64,000 nt of DNA from Candidatus Bathyarchaeota archaeon (GCA_025059045.1 JANXEA010000013.1:33896-97895); one strand, 5' to 3'; positions 10,065 to 19,417 are shown, counted from the stretch's first letter. A program made the numbers and translations. Notes: a model not told the origin generated them from the sequence alone.

Positions 10065-12851
10065 TCACCCTAGGATCATTCGTCTAACAACCATTTTTGC
10101 CTTTTCCAAGGCCTTAGAAGCTCCCTCAACATTCTTTCCACCTCCCTGAGCGAATTCCAGCCTCCCGCTCCCCCCTCCGCCTAACTCGGGTGCCGCCTCC
10201 TTAACTACCTCATTAGCTTTGACTCCCATCTTCAGCGCTTCCCTTCCAACCATTGCCACGAGTCGAGCGTTAGTGGCATCTGTTAACAGGAAGATGACGA
10301 TGGCTCTTTGGTCCAAAGTAATTATTTCACTTGAGATTCTAATCGCCAAGTCCACGTCGAAGTCTTCGCTGCTGAATATTCCTGAGACCAAATGAAGGCC
10401 TGAGATATCCTCGGCGGCTGACAAGTGTTTTTCCGCCAACAACTTTGCCAGAAGATCGGTGAGCCGTTCTTTATCACGACGCAGTTCCCTATACTCCGTA
10501 ATCGTCTGTTCAAGGGTCTTTGCCACACTATCCTTCTGGACACCCAATAAATTGGCAGCTTTTATGAGATTAGATTCCTCCTCTTGCGTGAACTTTAAAG
10601 CCGAGAGCCCTGTTGAGAATACGATCCGCTCCACCCCATCCTGGATCCTTTCGGTATGAACTATTTTGATCAATCCAATCTCTCCGGTGCTCTTGCAGTG
10701 AGTTCCCCCGCACGCTTCAACCTCCCAGTCCCCAGTCTTCACTACCCTTATCTCCCTTCCAGGCACAACCCCGCCTTGATACAATCTGAAACCGAAGAGC
10801 TTTTCCGCTTCTTCTCTAGGAAGCAAAAAGACTTCGATGGGTATATTCTTCATTATAACATCGTTTGCAAGCAGCTCTATTCTATAGATCTCGTCGCTGG
10901 TAAGCCGCTTTGGATGTGAAATGTCAAGTCGCCCCTTGTCAGGCTCTTTCTGCGCGCCAGACTGCCAAACATGTTGGCCGAGCACACGCCTCGCCGCGCC
11001 CATGACGATATGCGTTGCAGAGTGACTTCTCATCAGACCGCGCCTATACTCCTCGTCGATTATTCCTTCCACATCATCTCCGATTCTAGGCACAGCGCCC
11101 TCTAGAAAATGTGCTATGTGTTTCCCGATCTTTTGGACATCTACCACCCTAGCTCTTGAAAGATTAAACTCCAAGTAACCCTTATCTGCTGGTTGTCCCC
11201 CGCCCTCGGGATAGAAGGCAGTCCTATCCAACACTACCACATTCTCATGTACGCCGATAACTTTAGCGGAAAACCTTGTTAGATAAGCGTCCTCATAGTA
11301 AAGTTTTCTAGTCTCCGGCAGATCGGAGAATATTCTACTCAGCTCTTCTATCTTAACTTCTGTGGAACCCTCTAAAGACCTTGGCGCCTCAACATGCCTT
11401 TGAGCTACATAACTATAAAAGTTGTCCGGTATCCTGACCTTTATCCCCTCGGCCTCCGCGTTTTCAAGTACAACCTCGGGTGTAAGTCCATGCGAATCGT
11501 ATAACTCAACCATTTTCTCTAAGGGTATCTCCTGGAATCCCTTTGCCCGCAGATCTCCAATCGTCTTCTTTATAAGATCTCTTCCCCTCTCAATGGTTCG
11601 TGTATACTTCTCTCTTTCAATCTCGATTAACTCGAATATCTCGTCCCGCATCTCTTTCAATTGCGGAAAATCTTTCGACCAGCGTGATATCTGCATGTCT
11701 ATTATCTCGAGTATCCTATCCTCTATGGAGAGCCTCTTCAAAAGCCTTAGAGTTCTTCTAATCATTAACCTTGCTAGGTAACCCTCCTGCACGTTGGACG
11801 GAACTACGCCCTCCGCAAGTAGGAAGGTGAGGCATTTTGTGTGGTCTGCCACAGCGAACACATCGACAACCGGGCTTAGGATAGAAGCGATCTCTTTCTC
11901 ATCAAAACCTAATCTTTCCGCTATCCTTCTGAAATTCTCGGCTCTGCTGTACGTTCTCGTAACCTGGATTCTCCCGGAAACCTTGGAAATCCTAGCTAAA
12001 AGTTTTTCGTCGAACCTCTCTATCCCAGCCATCTGCCTTATCTGATCTATAAGGTCACCGTAAACCGCCTCAAATCCACTCGGGCATCCCCTTGAGAGCC
12101 ATGTGAACCTTTCAATCCCGTAACCCGTGTCAACCGTTCTTATGGGAAGCTCCAAAAACTCGTCATTAATAACCTTATATTTCATAAAGACGAGTGTGGC
12201 AACTTCTAGCCCTTGAATTATGCTTTCAAGGTCAGGTCCAGCATTTCCTCCCCCTGACCATATCCCCTCCTTATAGGTAACATCTTCAGAGTTGACACCC
12301 AATTCCTTGGTTACAAATTCGTGATGAAACCTGACCGTCTCATCCTTCCAGTAAACTTCCTTGTCCGGATAGTTGAATGCGTGGTGTCCTCCCATCTCGA
12401 ATATGGTTAGGTGGCGACCAAAGGTGAGGCCTACACTGTCAACATCGGGAAATCGTAGGCATGGCTGGCTAATCACCAATGGGTTTGATGGTGGCGGAAT
12501 TATTCCCTCGGTAACGTAAGGCTGAAAGTTGATGATGCTGGCGTTGGTGAAATAAACGTCATCTCTCCATCTGGCTACCACTGGATATGGTTTGATTCTT
12601 GTATGGCCTCTCTTCTCAAAGAAGGAAAGGAAAGCCTCTCTCATCTCTTCAAGGGTGTAAGGCTTTTTTGTAGGCGGTTTGCCGATAAAATTGTAGTCTG
12701 CACATCCGCTTGCCGAAGATTCGCCGCATAGTTCTAGGTCAGATCTCTGTGTCCAGAAGTACTCCCCGCACTTAGGGCACATTTTCCTTACAAATCCATT
12801 CTCGTCAAAGAATGGTAGATGATATTCGGACTCAGGAAAGCGCATCCGCAC
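10065..12851 (-). CDS. alaS: Alanyl-tRNA synthetase
   Basis: 928 aa. Archaeal AlaRS N-terminus with a zinc ribbon (CPKCGEYFWT), editing-domain motifs HSATHI and CGGTHC, and a C-terminal DHHA1-like region. Confidence 0.95.
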   Translation of the reverse strand: MRMRFPESEYHLPFFDENGFVRKMCPKCGEYFWTQRSDLELCGESSASGCADYNFIGKPPTKKPYTLEEMREAFLSFFEKRGHTRIKPYPVVARWRDDVYFTNASIINFQPYVTEGIIPPPSNPLVISQPCLRFPDVDSVGLTFGRHLTIFEMGGHHAFNYPDKEVYWKDETVRFHHEFVTKELGVNSEDVTYKEGIWSGGGNAGPDLESIIQGLEVATLVFMKYKVINDEFLELPIRTVDTGYGIERFTWLSRGCPSGFEAVYGDLIDQIRQMAGIERFDEKLLARISKVSGRIQVTRTYSRAENFRRIAERLGFDEKEIASILSPVVDVFAVADHTKCLTFLLAEGVVPSNVQEGYLARLMIRRTLRLLKRLSIEDRILEIIDMQISRWSKDFPQLKEMRDEIFELIEIEREKYTRTIERGRDLIKKTIGDLRAKGFQEIPLEKMVELYDSHGLTPEVVLENAEAEGIKVRIPDNFYSYVAQRHVEAPRSLEGSTEVKIEELSRIFSDLPETRKLYYEDAYLTRFSAKVIGVHENVVVLDRTAFYPEGGGQPADKGYLEFNLSRARVVDVQKIGKHIAHFLEGAVPRIGDDVEGIIDEEYRRGLMRSHSATHIVMGAARRVLGQHVWQSGAQKEPDKGRLDISHPKRLTSDEIYRIELLANDVIMKNIPIEVFLLPREEAEKLFGFRLYQGGVVPGREIRVVKTGDWEVEACGGTHCKSTGEIGLIKIVHTERIQDGVERIVFSTGLSALKFTQEEESNLIKAANLLGVQKDSVAKTLEQTITEYRELRRDKERLTDLLAKLLAEKHLSAAEDISGLHLVSGIFSSEDFDVDLAIRISSEIITLDQRAIVIFLLTDATNARLVAMVGREALKMGVKANEVVKEAAPELGGGGSGRLEFAQGGGKNVEGASKALEKAKMVVRRMILG

Positions 12852-12900
12852 TCATCCCTGGAATCAGGCGTCCGTTGCAGTTAAGAGTAGAAGCCATCAT

Positions 12901-12910
12901 AAATTTAAAC
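12901..12910 (-). promoter_or_regulatory. TATA-box-like element upstream of alaS
   Basis: The minus strand reads TTTAAATTTA about 50 nt upstream of the alaS start. The same TTTAAAT core is seen upstream of rps13 and rps15. Confidence 0.35.
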
Positions 12911-13110
12911 TTATATTATAACATAAGAGACTGGCTAATTCCGCTGATATAATTGAATATAATTGAGCACTAATTCGCCGTTATGAGCCTAAATCTCTTT
13001 GGCCGCCTGATAGGTTATTAACTTCTGCTCCTCAGATGCCTATACATAGATCATCCATTGATTAGGAAGAGTGAAAGAAGGATTGCGATTGACCAGTGAT
13101 AGTTGATGAT

Positions 13111-13419
13111 CTAGCCGAAAAGTGCTCCAAGCCCCGCTAGGGCTTCCTCCTCTGTCTTCTCTTCCTTCTTCTCTTCTTTTGGCTTTTCATGTGTCGTGGG
13201 GGCGGATGGAGCTGCTGATGGTACTTGTGGCGCAGCCATGAAGGGTGGTGCAGACTTTATAGCCTCCGAAATGTCTATTTCGGATAGCGCCGCCACTAAA
13301 GCCTTAACTCTATGCTGATCAACCGTTATGCCAGCTGCTTCCAGAACTTTTGTTATGTTATCTTCATCGATTGGTTTTCCAGCTCTGTGGAGAAGCATGG
13401 CCGCATATATATACTCCAT
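13111..13419 (-). CDS. rpl12: 50S ribosomal stalk protein P1 (L12e)
   Basis: 102 aa. [22 protein letters not shown] at the N-terminus, then an Ala/Pro hinge, then the acidic tail [21 protein letters not shown]. Confidence 0.9.
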   Translation of the reverse strand: MEYIYAAMLLHRAGKPIDEDNITKVLEAAGITVDQHRVKALVAALSEIDISEAIKSAPPFMAAPQVPSAAPSAPTTHEKPKEEKKEEKTEEEALAGLGALFG

Positions 13420-13608
13420 TACTCAATCACCATCAGACTATTCGGAATTCTGAAGATGCGTGTTCTAATACTTAAATATGTCGGAAAATCTTGGTGAAAA
13501 CAGATGCCGCATAAACTTCTACAAACCAGTTTTTCTTTTCCCTTTCTAGATTTAGTGATACTCTTATATAGAAGACGTTTACTCCTTTCTGTTAAGAGTC
13601 TATTAGGA

Positions 13609-13803
13609 ATGGATGGGTCAAATTTGGGCTTAGCGTCATTCATCAAAGCCTGTTCAAGACTTCTTCATTTGGCTAGAAAGCCGGACAGGAATGAGCTTTG
13701 GCAGACCGTAAAAGTCTGTGTTTTGGGAATAACGACCATTGGCACATTGGGGTACATAATTAAGATTCTCGCCTCATTCATGATGGGAAGCATTCCTGGG
13801 TAG
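13609..13803 (+). CDS. secE: Preprotein translocase subunit SecE (Sec61 gamma)
   Basis: Internal ATG of ORF 13504-13803. The 64-aa product has KPDRNELWQTVKV followed by one TM helix (VLGITTIGTLGYIIKILASFM). It sits immediately upstream of spt5, as in other archaea. Confidence 0.7.
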   Translation: MDGSNLGLASFIKACSRLLHLARKPDRNELWQTVKVCVLGITTIGTLGYIIKILASFMMGSIPG

Positions 13804-13838
13804 GCGGCTTCATTATGGGCGGTAAAAACTCGAGGACA

Positions 13839-14306
13839 ATGGTGTACGCTGTGCGAACCACTGTCGGCCAAGAGAGAAATGTTGCTAATCTTGTAAATAA
13901 CAGGGTTGAAGCCAACAAGATACCGGTTAAGGCGATACTTGTTCCCGAAACTTTGAGAGGCTACATCTTTATAGAGGCTGAGGGTCCACACATCATTGAG
14001 GATGCCATCTCAGGAGTGAAACACGTCAGATCGAGGGTTCCCGGAGTTGTTTCTTTATCAGATGTGGAGAAATACATTATTGTCAAACCTATCATCGAGG
14101 AGCTTAAAGTAAACGATATAGTTGAAGTGATAAGCGGCCCATTCAAGGGTATGAAAGCGAAGATAACGTCTATAGATAGAACTAAGGAGGAGGTTACAAT
14201 GGAGCTCCTGGAGGCGACTTTCACGATGCCGATTACTGTTCACGCAGACTACGTTAGAATAGCGGAAAAATCGGAAAATGTTGAGGGTGAAGGTGCAAAT
14301 GCCTGA
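13839..14306 (+). CDS. spt5: Transcription elongation factor Spt5 (NusG)
   Basis: NGN domain (VYAVRTTVGQERNVA...GYIFIEA) plus a KOW motif (GDIVEVISGPFKGMKAKI). The ORF starts at 13815; the ATG at 13839 fits the family N-terminus. Confidence 0.85.
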   Translation: MVYAVRTTVGQERNVANLVNNRVEANKIPVKAILVPETLRGYIFIEAEGPHIIEDAISGVKHVRSRVPGVVSLSDVEKYIIVKPIIEELKVNDIVEVISGPFKGMKAKITSIDRTKEEVTMELLEATFTMPITVHADYVRIAEKSENVEGEGANA

Positions 14307-14796
14307 GAAAAAGGTTGTTGAGGTTCTCGTAAGCGGCGGGCAGGCTACTGCGGGTCCGCCGATTGGCCCGGCATTAGGCCCATTAGGTGTGAACGTTGTA
14401 GCAATAGTTAACAGAATAAATGAGGAGACAAAGGAATATGCGGGAATGAAGGTGCCGGTAAAGATAATTGTGGATGTGGAGACGAAGAGCTTTGAGATCT
14501 CTGTTGGAATACCGACCACAGCCGCCCTGATTGTTAAGGAGGCAGGGATTCAGAAGGGATCGGGAAAACCGAATACTGAAAAAGTTGGCAATTTATCCTT
14601 TGATCAGGTTGTAAAGATAGCGAGGATTAAACGTTCAACACAACTTTCAAGAGGTCTAAAGGCCTCAGTGAAAGAGATTATAGGAACCTGTGTGAGCATG
14701 GGCGTAACCATTGATGGGAAAGATCCGAAAAACGTTCTCAAAGAGGTTGATAAGGGACTTTACGATCACATGCTCATTGATAAAGTTGATAAGTAA
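14299..14796 (+). CDS. rpl11: 50S ribosomal protein uL11
   Basis: VEVLVSGGQATAGPPIGPALGPLGVN is the diagnostic L11 N-terminal motif. The ATG at 14299 lies within ORF 14278-14796. Confidence 0.9.
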   Translation: MPEKKVVEVLVSGGQATAGPPIGPALGPLGVNVVAIVNRINEETKEYAGMKVPVKIIVDVETKSFEISVGIPTTAALIVKEAGIQKGSGKPNTEKVGNLSFDQVVKIARIKRSTQLSRGLKASVKEIIGTCVSMGVTIDGKDPKNVLKEVDKGLYDHMLIDKVDK

Positions 14797-14844
14797 CGTT
14801 TTTATTGTTGACAGAGCAACTTGATAATTTCCAAGGCGTGTAAA

Positions 14845-15495
14845 ATGTCTTTAGAGATGAAGAGTATTAAGGCAGCGATTCAAGAGATGAGAAATAAATC
14901 CCCAAAAAGGAATTTTGAACAATCGGTAGAATTGATCATAAACCTTAGCGGCGTTGACGTGAAGAAACCGGAGGAAAGAATACAGGAAACGGTTGAACTT
15001 CCTAGACCAATAGGCAAGAAAGTGAAGGTAGCTGTGATAGCGAGTGGGGACATGGCTTTAAGAGCTAGGAAAGCTGGCGCAGACCTGGTTCTAGAGGGTT
15101 CAGATTTGGAAGGCCTAGCAACTGATAAGAAGAAACAGAGAAAAATTGCAAATGAGGTTGACGCGTTTATTGCGTCAGCTCCGCTTATGCCTCTGGTAGG
15201 CCGTACCCTCGGCGCCATCCTTGGACCAAGAAACAAGATGCCAACGCCAGTTCCGCCCACAGCGAATATTGAAGAAGAGATTGAGAGGCATAGGAGAATC
15301 GTGCAGATTCGAGCGCGTGGACAACCTGTTCTCCAATGTAGAATTGGAACAGAAAGTATGGCGGATGACGACCTCGCTGAAAACATACAGGCGGTGATAA
15401 ACAAATTGAGGGGTCGCCTTAAGAGGGGTCTCAGTGATATAGGCGGGGTCTTCATAAAAACCACTATGGGCCCGCCTGTAGAGATTAGAATCTAG
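14845..15495 (+). CDS. rpl1: 50S ribosomal protein uL1
   Basis: RNF.QSVEL.INL..VD.KKPE, GADLV and PLMPLVGR.LG.ILGPR.KMP are L1 family features. The ORF begins at TTG 14821; the ATG at 14845 is preferred. Confidence 0.9.
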   Translation: MSLEMKSIKAAIQEMRNKSPKRNFEQSVELIINLSGVDVKKPEERIQETVELPRPIGKKVKVAVIASGDMALRARKAGADLVLEGSDLEGLATDKKKQRKIANEVDAFIASAPLMPLVGRTLGAILGPRNKMPTPVPPTANIEEEIERHRRIVQIRARGQPVLQCRIGTESMADDDLAENIQAVINKLRGRLKRGLSDIGGVFIKTTMGPPVEIRI

Positions 15496-15506
15496 AGGGA
15501 TGAAAG

Positions 15507-16355
15507 TTGCAAAGACAATCTCTCATGCGGAAAGCGGAGAAGGTTGAAGAAGTAGCTATCTTGATCCGCAATTATCAGATCATTGGGATAGCGGATCTAT
15601 ATAAGGTTAGAGCTTCTCAGCTCCAGGAAATTAGGAAAAAACTGGATGGAAAGGCTGTCTTACGTGTGATAAAGAATACCCTCTTCGAGAAAGCGCTTAT
15701 AAAAATGGGTAAACAGTCGGTTCTCGACAAGATAAGAGATCATTTGAGAGGTTCTAACCTTTTTCTGTTCACAAATCTCAATCCATTCAAACTTGAACTA
15801 ATTCTCGAGAAGAGCAGAGTAAAAGACTTCGCAAAAGCTGGAGATATTGCCACAGAAGATGTGATAGTTCCAGCGGGGAATACTGGGCTTCCCCCCGGCC
15901 CGATTATTAGCCAGCTAAGCTCGGTTGGTATTATGACGAGAATAGAGTCTGGAAGCGTCTGGATCAACCGGGACACGGTAGTAGCTAGGAAGGGTGAGAG
16001 AATATCGGAGAGTCTCGCGCCGATTCTGTCGAAGCTGGGGATAAAAGCTGTTGAGATGGGGCTCACAATTAAGGTTGTATGTGACGGCGAATCCGTTTTA
16101 ACTGAAAAAGAATTGAAAATGGATTTGGACATGTATAAGAAGCATATAAGCGCCGCCCATGAGGAGGCCATGAAGGTTTCGCTTTACGCGGCTTATCCGA
16201 TGAGAGAAAATGTTCGGATCCTTATTTGGAGAGCGATTCAGGAAGCCCATAACCTCTCCGTTAACTCGGCTTATCCTTGCAGCGAGAATATCAGAGATCT
16301 AATAATCAGGGCATACTATGAGGCTCTTGCAATATCGAACAAGATTCCTGGCTGA
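15507..16355 (+). CDS. rpl10: 50S ribosomal stalk protein uL10 (P0), lacking the usual acidic C-terminal tail
   Basis: The N-terminal L10 domain (KVEEVAILIRNYQIIGIADLYKVRASQLQEIRKKL) is followed by repeated P1-binding spine helices (AYPMRENVRILIWRAIQEA and AYPCSENIRDLIIRAYYEA). The protein ends at ...ISNKIPG. Confidence 0.85.
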   Translation: MQRQSLMRKAEKVEEVAILIRNYQIIGIADLYKVRASQLQEIRKKLDGKAVLRVIKNTLFEKALIKMGKQSVLDKIRDHLRGSNLFLFTNLNPFKLELILEKSRVKDFAKAGDIATEDVIVPAGNTGLPPGPIISQLSSVGIMTRIESGSVWINRDTVVARKGERISESLAPILSKLGIKAVEMGLTIKVVCDGESVLTEKELKMDLDMYKKHISAAHEEAMKVSLYAAYPMRENVRILIWRAIQEAHNLSVNSAYPCSENIRDLIIRAYYEALAISNKIPG

Positions 16356-16362
16356 TCGAAGA

Positions 16363-17181
16363 CTACACCTTCTGAACTTCTAGATTGGTATCAGATACGA
16401 GGCGCATGAGTCTTTCCTTATCTTTTCCTTCTATCCCCTTCCAATCCAAAAGTATCTTTTTCACTGGCTCAAGGTTTCTTTGGATGCAATGCATCAAAAT
16501 ATCTTTGTCAAGTACTTTAACCATGTACTTTGGAATTATGTGACCGAAAGCTGTCTCCGTCTCAAGCGCCATTCTTGTGAATTTCATATTGTAATGTGGT
16601 CCGCCGATTCCCACAACTGTCGGGCTTATGTTACGGTTTGAAGCGGCTGCAATGGCTCCCTTCGCCACTATTGCAGCGGCCTCCGAAGATGTCCACTCCC
16701 TCATCGTGCTTCCAAGCTCAACAAACAATGTGGGGATGTCGAGTGAAGGTCCATGGTGTGTGCACTCATACGAAACTTCATACCCAAGGTCCGCCTCCTC
16801 ATGAGCCTCTTTCATTGCTTTAAGGGCTTCCTTCATTGCGCTTGCGGGAGCTATCGAAACTTTTCTTGGAAGCCCGCCTAAAGATTGTTCCCCAATGTTG
16901 CCTGGAACGTGAACTGATAAAGTAGGCCTCCCACTTTCACTTTTATGTCTAGAGATAAATATTACCAGTCGGGTATCAGGTGGAAATTGGATGGACTGCG
17001 AATTTACAGATTCCTCATCTATGAAGCAGAGTTTTAGGGTCTCCCCGTCATTAAGACTTTTTGCGTAATATTGGTTGCCGAACATTATTGAATCCTGCTT
17101 TTCAAAATGATAGTCTTCAATGAGATGTTTGGCAATGTTTAAGGCGGCAACGTCAAGGTTAGATGCAATTATAAGCGACAT
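16363..17181 (-). CDS. dtdA: D-aminoacyl-tRNA deacylase, archaeal type
   Basis: 272 aa. Length and pattern (IIASNLD.AALNIAKHL...ISRH.S..G.P.L.VH..GN...E.THHGP) match the archaeal DtdA family as I recall it. Confidence 0.75.
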   Translation of the reverse strand: MSLIIASNLDVAALNIAKHLIEDYHFEKQDSIMFGNQYYAKSLNDGETLKLCFIDEESVNSQSIQFPPDTRLVIFISRHKSESGRPTLSVHVPGNIGEQSLGGLPRKVSIAPASAMKEALKAMKEAHEEADLGYEVSYECTHHGPSLDIPTLFVELGSTMREWTSSEAAAIVAKGAIAAASNRNISPTVVGIGGPHYNMKFTRMALETETAFGHIIPKYMVKVLDKDILMHCIQRNLEPVKKILLDWKGIEGKDKERLMRLVSDTNLEVQKV

Positions 17182-17271
17182 ACCTTTCCGGCTCTGCTGG
17201 AATCACGTTCTGAAGAGTTAAAAGTCTCTCTAACTGGCGAACATTTGAAAGATTAAAAAATATTAAGGTGA

Positions 17272-17496
17272 TTAAGCCTCCGCGAGAGTTTCGCTGCTTC
17301 TAACGCCTTCGATTCCATTAATCTCGCTTGTCGCTCTTCTCAGCTCTTTGTAGTCTTCAACCTCGATGAAGACAACTAGGTCGAACCTTCCATAGCATAG
17401 ATATGCCTTTCTGACACCTGAGACTGCGCGAACTTTTCGTAGAATAGTCTCAGCCTTTGTAGGTACAATCTTTAACAGTACACATGCATTCAGCAT
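17272..17496 (-). CDS. Stand-alone Lrp/AsnC ligand-binding (RAM) domain protein
   Basis: 74 aa with a beta-alpha-beta-beta-alpha-beta RAM pattern (ACVLLKIVPTKAE...V..VSGVRKAYLCYGRFDLVVFIEVEDYKEL...I..IEGVRSSETL). It has no HTH domain. Confidence 0.7.
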   Translation of the reverse strand: MLNACVLLKIVPTKAETILRKVRAVSGVRKAYLCYGRFDLVVFIEVEDYKELRRATSEINGIEGVRSSETLAEA

Positions 17497-17512
17497 TCTA
17501 TTTCACTCACCT

Positions 17513-17743
17513 TTAAATTTTGATTTCTACAAGAGTCTCGGTAAATACGACTCCTGCAAGCCTCCCAATCCTTAGCACTGTGGACTGTAGCTCCATAGGT
17601 TCAAGATCGCCTAGATCAACCACGACATCATATCTGCCTAGAACTGGAAAGACCTTCTCAACACCCTTAATTTGCCGAATTTTTTGTACAACCTCATCAA
17701 ATCTGCCGTGTGAAGTTCTCACTAACACGCATGCTGAAACCAT
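17513..17743 (-). CDS. Stand-alone Lrp/AsnC ligand-binding (RAM) domain protein, paralog of the neighbour
   Basis: 76 aa with the same RAM pattern (ACVLVRTSHGRFDEV...IKGVEKVFPVLGRYDVVVDL...LAGVVFTETL). It sits in tandem with 17272-17496. Confidence 0.7.
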   Translation of the reverse strand: MVSACVLVRTSHGRFDEVVQKIRQIKGVEKVFPVLGRYDVVVDLGDLEPMELQSTVLRIGRLAGVVFTETLVEIKI

Positions 17744-17862
17744 TTTGATCCCTCGAGGATGGTTATATGCCTAGATTTATTAATATGTTTCCTAACTTTG
17801 AATGAGCGTGACGTTGCAAGTTTTCCGTTTTCTCTAAATTTGCAAGTTTGCTTAGCGCAAAC

Positions 17863-17870
17863 TTTAAATA
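17863..17870 (+). promoter_or_regulatory. TATA-box-like element of the rps13 operon
   Basis: TTTAAATA lies 17-47 nt upstream of the candidate rps13 start codons (17887 and 17917). Confidence 0.45.
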
Positions 17871-17916
17871 AAATCCAGCATCTTCCATGATGATCAACGG
17901 TCTGAAGGCAAAGTTG

Positions 17917-18372
17917 ATGTCCAGAGAATTCAAGCATATTGTCCGCTTAGCAGGTAAAGATTTAGATGGATCCCTTAAGGTAGCTTATGCTCTCAGCGGC
18001 ATAAAAGGGATAGGCGTTAGACTTGCTAACGCCATTATTAGCAAAGCCGAGATTCCGGCTGAAGAACGTTTAGGCTTTCTTTCGGAGGGCGATGTAAGAA
18101 AGCTGGAAGAGATAATCAATAATGTGGAAAAATTTGGTTTTCCCTCGTGGCTTCTAAATTACCGCAGAAATCCGGAAACCGGTGAGGACAATCATCTTAT
18201 TACATCCGACCTAGATCTCCAGGTTAAAACCAATATTGAGAGGATGAAGGAGATCAGGTCGTGGCGTGGATATCGGCATGCATACGGTCTTAAAGTGAGG
18301 GGACAGAAGACAAGAACAACTGGCAGGAAAGGCAAAGCGGTAGGTGTGAAAAAGAAGAGGGAGGCGAAGTAG
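17917..18372 (+). CDS. rps13: 30S ribosomal protein uS13
   Basis: EFKHIVRLAGKDLDG..KV..AL..IKGIG and the C-terminal RGQKTRTTGRKG are S13 features. The ORF starts at 17887; the ATG at 17917 gives the usual length. The start codon is uncertain. Confidence 0.88.
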   Translation: MSREFKHIVRLAGKDLDGSLKVAYALSGIKGIGVRLANAIISKAEIPAEERLGFLSEGDVRKLEEIINNVEKFGFPSWLLNYRRNPETGEDNHLITSDLDLQVKTNIERMKEIRSWRGYRHAYGLKVRGQKTRTTGRKGKAVGVKKKREAK

Positions 18373-18373
18373 G

Positions 18374-18919
18374 CTGGGCGATCCTAGAAGACAGAAGAAG
18401 AAGTATGAGTCTCCACGTTTCCCTTGGCGGTCAGACGTTTTGGAGGCTGAGCTCCGTCTCCTAGGAGAGTATGGTTTAAGAAACAAGGTTGAGCTCTGGC
18501 GTCATAAGACCATGTTGTCAAAGATTAGGGGGATAGCGAGATCGCTCCTCAGCATGCCACCTTCGGAAAGGGCTGCCCGTGAATCTTTACTTCTGGGGAG
18601 ATTGAAGAAGCTCGGAATCTTATCGGAAGAATCGGTTCTGGACAATGTTCTCGACCTGACAGTTGAGGATATTCTCGAAAGAAGACTTCAAACACTTGTC
18701 CTCAGGAAGGGACTTGCGAAGACGATTTATCAGGCTCGGCAACTAATAGTCCATGGACACATAGCAATAGGGGATAAAAAAGTTTTCTCTCCAGGGTACC
18801 TTGTTCCCAAGGTGGAAGAGGAGAAAATTAGGTACGCGCCTACAAGCCGATTATCCAGCCTAGATCATCCTTTAAGGCAAACAATTTTAGCCGTGGCTAA
18901 GGAGGAGAATGCTGGATGA
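18374..18919 (+). CDS. rps4: 30S ribosomal protein uS4, apparently initiated at CUG
   Basis: The conserved S4 N-terminus [17 protein letters not shown] is encoded in frame upstream of the first ATG (18440). No ATG, GTG or TTG exists between the in-frame stop at 18347 and that motif. The CTG at 18374 sits 9 nt after GAGGGAGG. Confidence 0.85.
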   Translation: MGDPRRQKKKYESPRFPWRSDVLEAELRLLGEYGLRNKVELWRHKTMLSKIRGIARSLLSMPPSERAARESLLLGRLKKLGILSEESVLDNVLDLTVEDILERRLQTLVLRKGLAKTIYQARQLIVHGHIAIGDKKVFSPGYLVPKVEEEKIRYAPTSRLSSLDHPLRQTILAVAKEENAG

Positions 18920-19314
18920 GTAAAAAAGAGGAAAAATGGGGTGTTGTTCACATATATAGCTCATACAATAATACGATTGTCCATATAACCGATCTTTCTG
19001 GAGCTGAAACCATAGCGCGAGCTTGCGGTGGAATGTTTGTAAAGGCTGATAGGCTGGAGTCCTCACCATATGCTGCCATGAGGGCTGCTGCGCATGCCGC
19101 AAGCATCGCAAAAGATAAGGGGATAACGGCGATCCATATTAAGGTGCGTGCGCCCGGGGGATCTGGTGCAAAGACTCCTGGACCGGGAGCCCAAGCTGCC
19201 ATCCGTGCTTTGGCTCGTGCAGGTTTCAAGGCGATAGGAAGGATAGAAGAGGTTACGCCTTTGCCTCATGATGGAACTAGACGAAAAGGCGGTCGGAGAG
19301 GACGCAGAGTCTAG
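18916..19314 (+). CDS. rps11: 30S ribosomal protein uS11
   Basis: 132 aa. [21 protein letters not shown]......GG and IKVRA.GG...[16 protein letters not shown] are the S11 pattern. Confidence 0.9.
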   Translation: MSKKEEKWGVVHIYSSYNNTIVHITDLSGAETIARACGGMFVKADRLESSPYAAMRAAAHAASIAKDKGITAIHIKVRAPGGSGAKTPGPGAQAAIRALARAGFKAIGRIEEVTPLPHDGTRRKGGRRGRRV

Positions 19315-19417
19315 CCTCCATATACTGGTAAACATGTTGGCGAAAAGTTGAAATAGCTCTCCAATCTTATGTGAGAAAACCTAGGCCAAGATGGATTTTC
19401 CATTATGAGGTTTAAAG

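Noticed and set aside
13419-13991. Minus-strand ORFs 13419-13646 (75 aa) and 13665-13991 (108 aa).
   Set aside because: They run antisense to, or overlap, the secE and spt5 genes and the divergent promoter region. secE and spt5 have clear family signatures, and these ORFs have none.
14058-16171. Long antisense ORFs inside the ribosomal protein operon: 14058-14519, 14880-15464 and 15740-16171, all minus strand and 143-194 aa.
   Set aside because: They are shadow ORFs opposite uL11, uL1 and P0. Similar antisense ORFs throughout the track (for example 21008-21385, 21674-22033, 26180-26593 and 28100-28447) were rejected for the same reason.
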